DNA of 64,000 nucleotides. Origin: an uncultured Clostridia bacterium. GTDB lineage: Bacteria; Bacillota; Clostridia; Christensenellales; UBA1242. A program made the position numbers and the translations under genes. Position 1 is the stretch's first letter, and the number at the start of each line of letters is the position of its first letter. This document shows positions 9,090-20,232 of the stretch, piece by piece. A model generated the notes under the pieces. The model did no database searches and had not been told where the DNA came from. It saw only the letters and a program-made list of their open reading frames with translations. The DNA lies in the NCBI GenBank assembly GCA_948434855.1, contig CAOJFR010000001.1, positions 19,629 to 83,628 on the forward strand, written 5' to 3'.

Positions 9090-9821
9090 ATGAGCGGACA
9101 CTCAAAATGGCACAATATTCAAGCAACAAAAAATAAGGCAGATGCTGCAAGAGGCAAAATTTTCACAAAAATCGGACGTGAGATTGCAGTTGCAGTTAAG
9201 CTTGGTGGGGCAGACCCAAACATAAACAACAAACTTTATGATGTTATTCAAAAGGCTAAGCAAAACAACATGCCAAATGAAAACATTCAAAGGTCAATTA
9301 AAAAGGCAGCAGGTGGCGAGGACGGTGGAAACTATGATAGCATCACATATGAAGGCTATGGCAGTCATGGCGTTGCGTTTATTGTTGAGTGCTTAACAGA
9401 CAACAGAAACAGAACCGCAGCAGATGTTCGTCATTTGTTTGATAAATATGGTGGAAGTCTTGGCACAGCAGGCAGCGTGACATATATGTTTGATTATAAG
9501 GGCATTATTGTTATTGAAAAGTCAAAGGCAAGTGAAGATGAGGTTATGATGCTTGCTCTAGACAGCGGAGCTGATGATGTTTCAAATGAAGAAGATTATT
9601 ATGAAATTGTAACAAAACCAGAAATGCTTCACACAGTTGCAAAAGCTTTTGAAGACGCTGGGCTAGAGGTTGCTTCAAGCGAAGTTAACTATGTTCCTCA
9701 AAATGAAATTGAACTTGACAAAGATGCTGCTGTATCAATCAGCAAGCTTGTTGTTGCGCTTGAAGACCTAGATGATGTTCAAAACGTTTATACAAACGCA
9801 AATTTAGACTTTTTGGACTAA
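9090..9821 (+). CDS. yebC: YebC/PmpR-family DNA-binding regulator
   Basis: MSGHSKWHNIQATKNKADAARGKIFTK... is the hallmark YebC N-terminus. Confidence 0.9.
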   Translation: MSGHSKWHNIQATKNKADAARGKIFTKIGREIAVAVKLGGADPNINNKLYDVIQKAKQNNMPNENIQRSIKKAAGGEDGGNYDSITYEGYGSHGVAFIVECLTDNRNRTAADVRHLFDKYGGSLGTAGSVTYMFDYKGIIVIEKSKASEDEVMMLALDSGADDVSNEEDYYEIVTKPEMLHTVAKAFEDAGLEVASSEVNYVPQNEIELDKDAAVSISKLVVALEDLDDVQNVYTNANLDFLD

Positions 9822-9908
9822 TTTGCAGCTAAATTTATAAAAATACACTAAAACTAAGTGTTTTATAACATTTAATTTATAATGCTAATAAATAGTTGTT
9901 ATAAACCA

Positions 9909-9939
9909 AAGATGGTTGTCTTATTGACAACCATCTTTT
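9909..9939 (+). terminator. intrinsic terminator after yebC
   Basis: Hairpin aagatggttgtc/gacaaccatctt followed by a T-run. Confidence 0.75.
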
Positions 9940-10003
9940 ATTATATTAAAATAAATAAGGTTTAAATGTAGATATATTTTTGCATTTAAGCTGGAGAAAT
10001 TTA

Positions 10004-10210
10004 ATGAATGATAAAACAAAACTTGAACTAGCAAAGGATATAATTGCAACCTATGTTGCAAAAACAGCCAAGTTGTTAGATTTTGATTTGAATAACGATG
10101 AACTAAAAGAACTTTTATTGTTAAAAGAAGAAGTTGATAGAAATAATCTTGAAGCAATTAACTATGTTTTGGGTCTATCAGATTTAGGAGAAATAACAAA
10201 AAATGACTAA
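10004..10210 (+). CDS. small acidic helical protein, candidate antitoxin of the downstream zeta-like toxin
   Basis: The 68-aa ORF has a ggag RBS and overlaps the toxin start by 8 nt (ATGACTAA). The call is by position only. Confidence 0.45.
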   Translation: MNDKTKLELAKDIIATYVAKTAKLLDFDLNNDELKELLLLKEEVDRNNLEAINYVLGLSDLGEITKND

Positions 10211-11132
10211 AGAAGAAGTATTAAAACTATATAAAATTTCTGATGAAGAAATTAATGCCATTGCTCAAAAAGTTGAAAAACTTTATACTTATGGCAAAAG
10301 TCCAGTGGAAAATCCAACTTGTGTTATTGTTGGCGGTCAATGTGGTTCAGGAAAGAGTGGCTTAATGGCATATTCTGGTAAAATGTTTCCTGACTATAAT
10401 GTGATTTTGCTTGAAGATGATGGCTTAAGAAAATATTTTCCAAATGAAGAGCAAATTTCTCAAGAATATCCAAATGAATATATTGCAATCACAAACCAAC
10501 TTACAAATAAATTAACAAGTTATTTATTTAACAAACTTGCAAGTGAACATTATAATTTGGTTTTTCATCAAACTCTAAAAAATAATCGTATTGTTGATGA
10601 AGGCATGGAAATGCTTTTAAATAATGGGTATTATCTTATTGTTAGGGGTTTGGCAGTTTCTGAATATGAAAGCAGAATGTCAATGATTGAAAGGTGTCTT
10701 AAACAAAAAGAATTAACAGGTTATTATAGATATGTTACTGTTGATGACCATAATAACACATATAATGGGATGCCAATGACAATAGAATATATTGAAAATA
10801 GTGAAAAATATGATGTGCTTGAAATCTTTAAAAGAGGCAAAAATATTGATGAGCCTGAACTAATTTATAGAAAAGCAAAAAAGTGTGCAAGTAAATATAA
10901 TTTAAATGAAGAAGTTGTAAACTTAGGTGTGTATAATAGGGAGAAATATGCATTTAAAAGTGCAAAAGATGCCTTGCTTAATGCAAGAGAACAGGATGCC
11001 TCTTTATTTTTAGAAAATTACGATTCAAGAATGAATTCAGTTTTAAATAACAGCAACCTAACCCCAGTTTTAAGTGAACAAGCAAAAGAATTGCAAGATT
11101 TAGTTAGCAAGACAACACAATTTGGGGAATAA
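10203..11132 (+). CDS. zeta-toxin-family P-loop kinase
   Basis: It has Walker A VIVGGQCGSGKSGL (zeta/PezT: GGQPGSGKT), LLEDDGLRK (catalytic Asp region), YNLVFHQT and GYYLIVRGLAVSEYESRMSMIERC. These motifs are collinear with PezT. Confidence 0.7.
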   Translation: MTKEEVLKLYKISDEEINAIAQKVEKLYTYGKSPVENPTCVIVGGQCGSGKSGLMAYSGKMFPDYNVILLEDDGLRKYFPNEEQISQEYPNEYIAITNQLTNKLTSYLFNKLASEHYNLVFHQTLKNNRIVDEGMEMLLNNGYYLIVRGLAVSEYESRMSMIERCLKQKELTGYYRYVTVDDHNNTYNGMPMTIEYIENSEKYDVLEIFKRGKNIDEPELIYRKAKKCASKYNLNEEVVNLGVYNREKYAFKSAKDALLNAREQDASLFLENYDSRMNSVLNNSNLTPVLSEQAKELQDLVSKTTQFGE

Positions 11133-11133
11133 A

Positions 11134-11171
11134 AATAACAAATAGCTTTTATTGCTATTTGTTATTTTTTT
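11134..11171. terminator. bidirectional terminator between the zeta-like gene and the convergent isomerase gene
   Basis: Hairpin aataacaaatagc/gctatttgttatt with an A-run before and a T-run after. The stop codon of the minus-strand gene lies in the stem. Confidence 0.7.
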
Positions 11172-11997
11172 GATAATTTTTTATCATTTCTGCAAGCTTT
11201 ACTGCACTTTTATTTGCACGGCTTAGAAATTCTTCAATGCTTGTATTTTCATAAATTTGTGGTCCACCATTGCCAACTTTGTGGATTTCAAGCATAACAG
11301 AGTTGTTATATCCTGTTTCAGCAATTTTTTTGCAGACTTTTTCATAGTCAATTTTTCCGTCAAAAGGAAGTCTGTGCAAATCTCTGGTATGGTCAAAACC
11401 TTCACTCCAGTCCATTAAATTGTCGTGCAAATGAACAGCCAAAAGTCTGTCGCCATAGTCAGCCAAAATATCATAATCAGGGTAGTATAAATTATGGTGA
11501 CCAGCATCATAACAAAAGCCAAGATTGTCAGACTTAATATTATCTAAAATAAATTTCATTTGAACAAGCCCTGACTTATCTAGATTTTCAACGGCTAGTT
11601 TAACATTGCATTCTTCAGCTTTTTTAACGAGCTTTTTAATTCCTTCAAGTGCAAAGTCGCTTGGCTTAAGTGCAATTCTTGATGGTGCACCCTCTGTTGC
11701 GTGAAAAACAGCAATAGGAATGTTATATTTTGAGCAAACCTCAATTTCATGAAAAAGCTTTTTCATGTAGTTGTCATTGCATTCGCCCTTTGCCCATAAA
11801 ATGTTAGATTCTCTTCCAGACAGGTGAACAAAAGGAATTTTTAGACCATATTTTTTTGCATCAATAACTGACTGCTCAACATTTCCAAGCTTAAATGCAA
11901 TCATAAGGTTATCAAAACCAAATTTTTTCACATTTTCACAAATTTCACAATAATCTTTTCCGCATTCATTATTTGAACTTATTCCAATTTCTAACAT
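11155..11997 (-). CDS. sugar phosphate isomerase/epimerase (xylose-isomerase-like TIM barrel)
   Basis: VFHATEG, LAVENL, GFCYDAGHHNLY and AVHLHDN match the metal-binding pattern of the AP-endonuclease-2/TIM family. The ATG at 11997 lies 6 nt after an agagg RBS. Confidence 0.65.
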   Translation of the reverse strand: MLEIGISSNNECGKDYCEICENVKKFGFDNLMIAFKLGNVEQSVIDAKKYGLKIPFVHLSGRESNILWAKGECNDNYMKKLFHEIEVCSKYNIPIAVFHATEGAPSRIALKPSDFALEGIKKLVKKAEECNVKLAVENLDKSGLVQMKFILDNIKSDNLGFCYDAGHHNLYYPDYDILADYGDRLLAVHLHDNLMDWSEGFDHTRDLHRLPFDGKIDYEKVCKKIAETGYNNSVMLEIHKVGNGGPQIYENTSIEEFLSRANKSAVKLAEMIKNYQKNNK

Positions 11998-12088
11998 AAA
12001 CACCTCTATAAAGCATTATATCACAGATTTTTTGATAATCAAATTACTTTTTATTGACTTTGAAAAAAATTATAGTTAAAGTATTATT

Positions 12089-12652
12089 ATGGTAATTCTA
12101 GGAATAGACCCTGGCTATGCAATTGTGGGCTATGGCGTTATTGAAAAGGATGTAAGGGGAAATTGCAGAGTTTTGGATTATGGTGCAATTAACACTCCTA
12201 AAGAAGAGGATTTTCCTGTGCGTCTTGCAATGATTGCAGACGGCATGAAGGCACTAATTAACAGGTTTAAGCCGGACGCCGTTGCTGTTGAAGAATTATT
12301 TTTTAATCAAAACATCACAACTGGCATTGCAGTTGCAGAGGCAAGGGGTGTTATCTTGTGTTCGGCAATTCAGGCGGTTCCAATGGTTTATGAATTTACG
12401 CCAATGCAGATTAAGCTTTCAATTACGGGGTTTGGCAAGGCAGACAAAAAGCAGGTTCAGTTTATGACAAAATCGCTTTTGGGGCTAAAGTCTGTGCCAA
12501 AGCCAGATGATGCTGCTGACGCACTTGCTGTTGCACTTACTCTTGCACAAACAAACACCAAACTTAAAGATTCTGAAGTTAAAATTTATACAAACAACAA
12601 TCTGAAAAAGTCCGACATGGGCGAAATATTTAAGGGGAAAGGCAAAAAATGA
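12089..12652 (+). CDS. ruvC: crossover junction endodeoxyribonuclease RuvC
   Basis: ILGIDPGYAIVGYGVI, AVEELFFNQN and PDDAADALAVAL carry the catalytic D/E/D/D positions. Confidence 0.9.
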   Translation: MVILGIDPGYAIVGYGVIEKDVRGNCRVLDYGAINTPKEEDFPVRLAMIADGMKALINRFKPDAVAVEELFFNQNITTGIAVAEARGVILCSAIQAVPMVYEFTPMQIKLSITGFGKADKKQVQFMTKSLLGLKSVPKPDDAADALAVALTLAQTNTKLKDSEVKIYTNNNLKKSDMGEIFKGKGKK

Positions 12653-13257
12653 TTTATTCATTGACGGGAAAAGTTTTTAAAATAGATGATAATACCATTG
12701 CTGTTGATACTGGCAGCATGGCTTTTGAGGTGATTTGTTCATCATTTTCGGTTTTTGAGCTTGCAGGAAAGTCAGAAATTCAGACAGTTTTAACATATTT
12801 ACAAGTAAGGGAAGATGCAATGTGCTTATATGGTTTTGCAAGCAAAAAAGAAAAATTGCTTTTCAATGACCTTATTTCAGTTTCTGGAGTGGGGCCAAAA
12901 ATGGCAATAACAATTCTCTCTGGGCTTCCAGTAGACGACCTTGTTAGAGCAATTTCTGCATCTGATGTTAAAACTCTCACTTCAATAAAAGGCTTTGGCA
13001 AAAAAACCGCAGAAAATGTTGTGCTTCAACTGCATTCACGCTTTGGCGGCTCTGATGCACTGGAAAGCTTGGTTTCTGGTGACACAACTGCTGTTTCTGG
13101 AAAACAAGTGCTTTCAAAAGAAATTGAAGAGGCTGCAGAGGTGTTGGCAAATGCAGGTATTCAAAAAATGAAAGCAATAGAAATTGCAAAATTTAACTTT
13201 GTTTCAGGAATGACAGCAGAAGAGCTTGTTGTTGCATGTTTTAAAAATTTAAGGTAG
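12649..13257 (+). CDS. ruvA: Holliday junction helicase subunit RuvA
   Basis: MIYSLTGKV...[17 protein letters not shown]...[10 protein letters not shown] contains HhH motifs. The start overlaps ruvC in an ATGA arrangement. Confidence 0.9.
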   Translation: MIYSLTGKVFKIDDNTIAVDTGSMAFEVICSSFSVFELAGKSEIQTVLTYLQVREDAMCLYGFASKKEKLLFNDLISVSGVGPKMAITILSGLPVDDLVRAISASDVKTLTSIKGFGKKTAENVVLQLHSRFGGSDALESLVSGDTTAVSGKQVLSKEIEEAAEVLANAGIQKMKAIEIAKFNFVSGMTAEELVVACFKNLR

Positions 13258-13264
13258 GTGGCTC

Positions 13265-14326
13265 ATGGAAGATTTTGACGAGAGCGGTTTTGATAGGTTT
13301 GTTCAGAGCTCAATGGATAGTGGTGAACGCTTTGTTTCTTCAGAAAAACAAGACATTGATGACTATCATGAAAATGAACTAAGACCAAGAACCATGGAAG
13401 ATTATGTTGGTCAAAAGCAGATTAAAGAAAACTTGTCTGTTTATATTTCTGCTGCAAAAAAAAGGGGAGAGGCTCTTGACCATGTGCTTTTATATGGACC
13501 TCCGGGGCTTGGAAAAACCACACTTGCTGCGGTTATTGCTAACGAGCTTGGCTCTGCCTTTAAGCAGACTTCTGGCCCAGCTATTGAAAAACCAAGCGAC
13601 CTTGCTGCACTTCTTACTAACCTTAATGAAAATGATGTGCTTTTTATTGATGAAATTCATAGACTTAACCACTCGGTTGAAGAAATTTTGTATCCAGCAA
13701 TGGAAGACCATGCCCTTGACTTTGTTATTGGCAAAGGACCATCGGCAAGGTCTATGAGAATTAATCTTCCAGCCTTTACACTGGTTGGGGCAACAACAAA
13801 GGCAGGAATGCTTACGGGGCCTCTTCGTGACAGGTTTGGCGTGCTTTGCAAACTTGAGCTTTATACTGAAGCAGAACTTGAGCAGATTGTTAAAAGGTCT
13901 GCAAAAATTCTTTCTGCAGAAATAGATACTGAGTCTGCAAAAATCATAAGTTCAAGATGCCGTGGAACCCCAAGAATTGCAAACCGCATATTAAAAAGAG
14001 TTCGTGATTTTGCTGATATTTTGTCTGGCGGAGTTATAAACAAAGAGATTACAAATCATGCGCTGGCAAAAATGGATATTGACAGTATTGGACTTGATGG
14101 CGTTGATATTAAAATGCTTAAAACTATGATTGAGACTTTTAAGGGAAAGCCAGTTGGGCTTGACACCTTGGCAGCCGTTACGGGTGAAGAAACAGAAACT
14201 ATTGAAGATGTTTATGAGCCATATTTGTTGCAGATTGGATTTATTTCAAGAACTCCTCGTGGAAGAATTCCTCTTGAGGCGGCTTATACTCATCTTGGCT
14301 ATAAGCTTTCAGATTATATTAATTAG
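13265..14326 (+). CDS. ruvB: Holliday junction helicase RuvB
   Basis: [12 protein letters not shown], Walker [10 protein letters not shown], Walker B LFIDEIHR and RGTPRIANR. Confidence 0.95.
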   Translation: MEDFDESGFDRFVQSSMDSGERFVSSEKQDIDDYHENELRPRTMEDYVGQKQIKENLSVYISAAKKRGEALDHVLLYGPPGLGKTTLAAVIANELGSAFKQTSGPAIEKPSDLAALLTNLNENDVLFIDEIHRLNHSVEEILYPAMEDHALDFVIGKGPSARSMRINLPAFTLVGATTKAGMLTGPLRDRFGVLCKLELYTEAELEQIVKRSAKILSAEIDTESAKIISSRCRGTPRIANRILKRVRDFADILSGGVINKEITNHALAKMDIDSIGLDGVDIKMLKTMIETFKGKPVGLDTLAAVTGEETETIEDVYEPYLLQIGFISRTPRGRIPLEAAYTHLGYKLSDYIN

Positions 14327-14334
14327 GAAAAATT

Positions 14335-15372
14335 ATGGATATTCTTAAGACCAGTGATTTTTATTATGACCTTCCAGAAAGACTAATTGCACAGGCTCCT
14401 GCTTGCCCAAGAGACAGTGCAAAAATGCTTGTTTATGATAAGGCAAAAGATAAAATTGAGCATAAAATTTTTAGAGATATTGCAGATTATTTAACCCCAA
14501 ATGATGTGCTTGTTTTGAACAACACAAGGGTTATTCCTGCAAGGCTTTTTGCAACCAAAGAAACGGGTGCAAAGATTGAAGTTTTTCTTTTGAAAAGATT
14601 GAATTTGACAGATTATGAAGTTTTAATGAAGCCAGCTAAAAAAGCAAAAATTGGCACAAAATTAATATTTTCTGACAATTTAAGCTGTGAAGTTATAGAG
14701 AATCAAGAAGAGATTGGTGGCAGAATAATAAGCTTTTGTGTGGGCACTGGAACGCTTGAAGAAGAGCTTGATAAAATTGGAAATATTCCGCTTCCGCCAT
14801 ATATTCATGAGCATTTAGAAGACAGCGAAGAATATCAAACAGTATATTCAAAAATTAGGGGTTCGTCAGCTGCTCCAACAGCGGGTTTGCATTTTACGGA
14901 TGCGCTTTTAGAAAAGATAAAAGCAAAGGGTGTTCAGATTGAAGAGGTAACCCTTCAGGTTGGGCTTGGAACGTTTAGACCAGTTATGGAAGAAAACGCC
15001 CTAAACCACAAAATGCATAGTGAAGAAATTGAAATTAGCCCTGACGTTGCAGAAAGACTAAACAGGGCAAAGCAAGAAGGTAAAAGAATTATAGCTGTTG
15101 GCACAACATCGGTTAGAACACTTGAATCTGCTGCCGATGAAACAGGAAAACTTTCAGCATATAAGGGTGAAACAAACATCTTTATTTATCCTGGAGTGAA
15201 ACTAAAGTTTGTTGACAGCTTAATTACGAATTTTCATTTGCCAGAAAGTACGCTAATTATGCTTGTATCGGCATTTATTGGAAGAGAAAAAACTTTGCAA
15301 ATTTATAGGGAAGCAGTTGAAAAAGAATATAGATTTTTCAGTTTTGGAGATTGTTGCTTTTTCAAATCATAA
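14335..15372 (+). CDS. queA: S-adenosylmethionine:tRNA ribosyltransferase-isomerase
   Basis: FYYDLPERLIAQAP, NNTRVIPARL, AAPTAGLHFT and AVGTTSVRTLES. Confidence 0.95.
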   Translation: MDILKTSDFYYDLPERLIAQAPACPRDSAKMLVYDKAKDKIEHKIFRDIADYLTPNDVLVLNNTRVIPARLFATKETGAKIEVFLLKRLNLTDYEVLMKPAKKAKIGTKLIFSDNLSCEVIENQEEIGGRIISFCVGTGTLEEELDKIGNIPLPPYIHEHLEDSEEYQTVYSKIRGSSAAPTAGLHFTDALLEKIKAKGVQIEEVTLQVGLGTFRPVMEENALNHKMHSEEIEISPDVAERLNRAKQEGKRIIAVGTTSVRTLESAADETGKLSAYKGETNIFIYPGVKLKFVDSLITNFHLPESTLIMLVSAFIGREKTLQIYREAVEKEYRFFSFGDCCFFKS

Positions 15373-16506
<1,134 letters not shown>

Positions 16507-16606
16507 AAAGTTACAAAATTTGCATAGTTGCCTCTATTAACTATTGAATTTTGTTTGCCGCTATGCCATATTTTTGTTACAATATAGTAATTAGAAGGAG
16601 ATTATT

Positions 16607-17104
16607 ATGAATAGATTTATTTGTGCAGAACAAGCAAATAGTCCAACAACAATAGTTGTTTATGTTGTTTTGATTATTGCGTTAGTTTTTCTTTTGGTTG
16701 CACCAATGTTTACCCAAAGAAAAAGAAGAAAACAATATGAGCAGATGCTTGGCGGAATTAAGGTTGGCGACCTTGTTGAAACTGGCGGGGGAGTTATTGG
16801 CAGAATTGTTAAAATGACTGACAAGGGTGACATTAAAACCGTTGTGATTGAAACTGGCTCTAAAACTGAAAAATCTTATATGGAAATTGATATGAGAATG
16901 ATTAGCATGGTTTTAAAGTCTAGCAAGGCTGAATTGCCAGCTGAAGAAAATGAAAAGTCAAAAACAACAGAGTCTGAGACTGAGACAAAAAATGAAAACA
17001 CTGAGCCAGCAAAGGCAGAAGATGAAACTAAGATAGAATCTTCTGAAAAGTCAGAAGAAAAACCAAAAAAGAAAAGAACAACATCTTCAGTTAAAAAGAA
17101 ATAG
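16607..17104 (+). CDS. yajC: preprotein translocase subunit YajC with a long charged C-terminal tail
   Basis: A TM helix is followed by FTQRKRRKQYEQMLGGIKVGDLVETGGGVIGRIV (YajC core), then about 65 aa of E/K/S/T-rich tail. Confidence 0.85.
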   Translation: MNRFICAEQANSPTTIVVYVVLIIALVFLLVAPMFTQRKRRKQYEQMLGGIKVGDLVETGGGVIGRIVKMTDKGDIKTVVIETGSKTEKSYMEIDMRMISMVLKSSKAELPAEENEKSKTTESETETKNENTEPAKAEDETKIESSEKSEEKPKKKRTTSSVKKK

Positions 17105-17130
17105 CAAAAATATTCAAAATTATTCAAAAA

Positions 17131-17154
17131 GCGACCAAAACTGGTCGTTTTTTT
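17131..17154 (+). terminator. intrinsic terminator after yajC
   Basis: Hairpin cgaccaaaactggtcg followed by a T-run. Confidence 0.7.
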
Positions 17155-17211
17155 AGTGTGGTTTGGCATATTTGACCCGCAATCTTAGTATAGTTTATTA
17201 GGAGAAAGGTT

Positions 17212-17613
17212 ATGTTTGCTTGGCTTAAATCTAAAACAGTTTCAGAAGAAAATAAAAATGTGATTTTTGATTTTGTGAAAGGGCTTCTTGCATCAATTTT
17301 AATTAGTTTTGCTCTTATTGTGTTGTTTGCTTTCATTTTAAAGTGCTTTGATATCTCGGATGTTGCAATAGTTCCGTCAACACTGCTTATTAAGGGCATT
17401 AGCGTTTTTGTTGGAAGCATTATTGCTATTAAGGGCAAAGATAAAGGTCTAATTAAAGGTGCTGTGTTTGGTGCAATTTATGTGGTTTTTGCATTTTTCA
17501 TTTTTGGCATCATTGCAGCAAATTTCACTTTTGATTTAGGACTATTTTTAGACTTTGCTTTTGCCGTTTTGCTTGGAAGCATTGTTGGAATTGTAAAAGT
17601 TAACAGAAATTAG
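17212..17613 (+). CDS. small polytopic membrane protein (YrzE/TIGR04086-like, tentative)
   Basis: The 133-aa protein has about four hydrophobic helices. Its position after yajC matches Bacillus yrzE. Confidence 0.45.
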   Translation: MFAWLKSKTVSEENKNVIFDFVKGLLASILISFALIVLFAFILKCFDISDVAIVPSTLLIKGISVFVGSIIAIKGKDKGLIKGAVFGAIYVVFAFFIFGIIAANFTFDLGLFLDFAFAVLLGSIVGIVKVNRN

Positions 17614-17639
17614 AAAATGCGGAAATTTCCGCATTTTTT
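17614..17639 (+). terminator. intrinsic terminator
   Basis: Hairpin aaaatgcggaaa/tttccgcatttt followed by a T-run. Confidence 0.75.
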
Positions 17640-17753
17640 ATTGCTTTTTGGTTATAATTTTACTAAATTTGTAAAATATTTTTTATAATGAATTGACTGC
17701 TGGCGAATGTTTGGTTTATAATGATAACGACTTTAAAAAGGGAAATATTTTAA

Positions 17754-19133
17754 ATGAAAAAATTTAGCAAAAAAACAACTATAATTGTTTCCGTTTTGAT
17801 TTGTGTGATTATGCTTGCAGGCATACTTTTGAGCTTTGTTCCAATGACAGCAGGCTCAAAGACTTTTTTATCACTTTCTGGCGGAATTAATGTGTCAACC
17901 GATATGATGGGTGGAATGTATGGGGAATATGACATTTTAACAGAAAACCCATCGGAAAGCACAAAGATTGATTCTATGCAAAAGGTTAAGAGGGTTTTTG
18001 AAAAATTTGGCTATAAAAACGTTAATGTCTATATTTATGGCAGCAAGCTTAGGGTTGAAGTTAGTTATCCAAGAGGCAGCAAATCTTATGAAAAGGTTTA
18101 TGGCGAGCTTGGAATGGTTGCTGGGGGCTCATTTAAGCTTAGTTCACAAAACCCAAGTGGAAGCACAGGCTCTACCGGAACTGACAAAGAAGACCCAATT
18201 ATTTTAAATGGAAATGAGCATGTTGAAAGTGTGAAGGTTTACACTAACAATAATGTTAAGTATATTTCAATAAACTTTAATAAAGAGGGTCAAGAGGTTT
18301 ATAAGAAGATTTGTGGAAAAACCACAACCATATATTTGTCGCTTGGTGAAAATTATAACCAACAAATTAACGCTAGTGGAGTTTCAGATTATAGCTCGCT
18401 TACTCTTTCTGATGAAAAATATGAAAACTTAATTTCTTTAGAGCAAAGGGTAACCATTGGTTGCATGGGTTTGGAAATTAACCCAGACACACCAATCGTT
18501 AACACAATGTCGGCTAACACTATTGCGGGAAAAAGCTCTCCAGAAGAAACTGGTTTTTCATATAACACAACTTCTGTTTTGATGATTGTTACATATTTAG
18601 TTGTGCTTGTGTCTTTGATTGCAATTTTTGCTGCAAGATTTGGACTTTATGCAGTTGTTGTTGGCATTTCAATGCTATTTAACTCATTTATTTTCTTGGG
18701 ACTTATGAATCTTATGCCATCAATAGAAATTGGTATTGCTGGAATTGTTGCACTCACACTTGGAACTGCAATCATTTACACATATTCATTCATTTTTGCA
18801 GAAAATGTTAAAAAACAATATGACCTTGGGAAATCATTTAGGGCATCGCTTGAAACTGCCTTTAAACGAATGCTTCCAAGCACGATTATTTCAAATATTT
18901 CATTGTTTGTTTCTGCACTAATTATTTTTGCATTCTCGTTTGGTGAACTAACCAGTGGCATTGTTATATTTGCAATTTTGATGGCTCTTAGCCTTTTAAC
19001 AAACCTTTTAATTATTCCTTTCCTTGTAAAGGTTGGCATTTCTTATAAAAAGATTGATGTTAAACTATTTATGCTTCCAAAGAGGGCTATTGGTTTTGAA
19101 ACTAATGATGATGACGCAAAGGAGGAAGAATAA
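17754..19133 (+). CDS. secD: protein translocase subunit SecD
   Basis: It has an N-terminal TM helix, a large extracytoplasmic domain and a C-terminal bundle of six TM helices, and it is immediately followed by secF. Confidence 0.8.
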   Translation: MKKFSKKTTIIVSVLICVIMLAGILLSFVPMTAGSKTFLSLSGGINVSTDMMGGMYGEYDILTENPSESTKIDSMQKVKRVFEKFGYKNVNVYIYGSKLRVEVSYPRGSKSYEKVYGELGMVAGGSFKLSSQNPSGSTGSTGTDKEDPIILNGNEHVESVKVYTNNNVKYISINFNKEGQEVYKKICGKTTTIYLSLGENYNQQINASGVSDYSSLTLSDEKYENLISLEQRVTIGCMGLEINPDTPIVNTMSANTIAGKSSPEETGFSYNTTSVLMIVTYLVVLVSLIAIFAARFGLYAVVVGISMLFNSFIFLGLMNLMPSIEIGIAGIVALTLGTAIIYTYSFIFAENVKKQYDLGKSFRASLETAFKRMLPSTIISNISLFVSALIIFAFSFGELTSGIVIFAILMALSLLTNLLIIPFLVKVGISYKKIDVKLFMLPKRAIGFETNDDDAKEEE

Positions 19134-19134
19134 T

Positions 19135-20145
19135 ATGAAATTTATGCAAAAAAAGTATCCGCTTCTTGTGTCAACAATTGTTTCTTGCGTAATTATTGTG
19201 GTATCGCTTTTCATTTTAGGCTTTTTTGGCTTAAAACTTAGTGTTTCGCTTGGCGGTGGCAGTCGCATGGAAGTTAATTTGGAGCAAAATGCTATTGTTA
19301 AAGAAGCTAAAGACAAGGTTGGTGAAGTGCTTAGCAAACACCATATTTCAATTGATTCATCTTTTGTTGAAGACAAATATGTTGCGGGCGCAGATGATGA
19401 AACAGAATATCTTAGAAAATGCTTGGTTATTCAGGTTGCTAAAAAGGGCATAAGTGCAGAGGAAAAAGCTGAAATTAAGTCAGAAATTGCTCAGGCACTT
19501 GGCACAAATCCGGCTTATGTTTCAGAAATTGAGGAAATTACAAGCTCTGTAACCGCAAAAGAAGTGCTTTTTGTGGCTCTTGCAGTTGGCATTATTGCAA
19601 TTTGCTTCTTTATTTTTGCTTGGATAAGATATAATGTGTTCGCTGGAATTTCGTTTGTTTTATCATTCCTTCACAACATTATTTTGTTCTTATCACTTAT
19701 AATTTTAACAAGAGTTCAGCTTTCTGTAATTTCACTTATAATTGTGCTTATTATGACACTTGTTATGAGCATAGTGCTCGTTAATATTTATGAAAAGTTT
19801 AAGGAAACATCAAAACTTTCATCTTCAGACAAAATTCCTGTTTCAGAACTTATGCTAAGTTCTGAAAAACAAGTGGTTATGCCTTATGCCATAATTTTGG
19901 CAACTGCACTGCTTTGTTCGCTTATGCTTTTAATTGTTCCTGCAAACATGGTTAAAATTGCTTCAGTTAGTGGAATTTATGCTTGTGTTATAACTGCTTA
20001 CACATCACTTATTATTGGTCCAGCGTCTTATGCGGCGGTGCTTGAGATTCGTGATATGAACCAAAAAGCACAGCTTAGCAGAAACGATACTGTGAACAAG
20101 ACAATTCAGAAAAAAATAAAGAAAAATTCAAAAACCAAAAGCTAA
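19135..20145 (+). CDS. secF: protein translocase subunit SecF
   Basis: The ATG at 19135 follows aaggagg. The protein (MKFMQKKYPLL...) has a TM helix, a periplasmic loop and a five-TM bundle. The track start at 19033 overlaps secD and was rejected. Confidence 0.8.
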   Translation: MKFMQKKYPLLVSTIVSCVIIVVSLFILGFFGLKLSVSLGGGSRMEVNLEQNAIVKEAKDKVGEVLSKHHISIDSSFVEDKYVAGADDETEYLRKCLVIQVAKKGISAEEKAEIKSEIAQALGTNPAYVSEIEEITSSVTAKEVLFVALAVGIIAICFFIFAWIRYNVFAGISFVLSFLHNIILFLSLIILTRVQLSVISLIIVLIMTLVMSIVLVNIYEKFKETSKLSSSDKIPVSELMLSSEKQVVMPYAIILATALLCSLMLLIVPANMVKIASVSGIYACVITAYTSLIIGPASYAAVLEIRDMNQKAQLSRNDTVNKTIQKKIKKNSKTKS

Positions 20146-20148
20146 AAG

Positions 20149-20170
20149 GAAGAGCATAGCTCTTCTTTTT
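20149..20170 (+). terminator. intrinsic terminator after secF
   Basis: Hairpin gaagagc-ata-gctcttc followed by a T-run. Confidence 0.7.
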
Positions 20171-20232
20171 ATTTTATTTAAATTGCATTTTTATAATTGT
20201 TGTGATAAACTATTTTTAAGTAGAGAGTTTTT

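Noticed and set aside
19033-19134. Upstream extension of secF overlapping secD
   Set aside because: The ATG at 19135 follows aaggagg and the secD stop. The extension would overlap secD by 100 nt.
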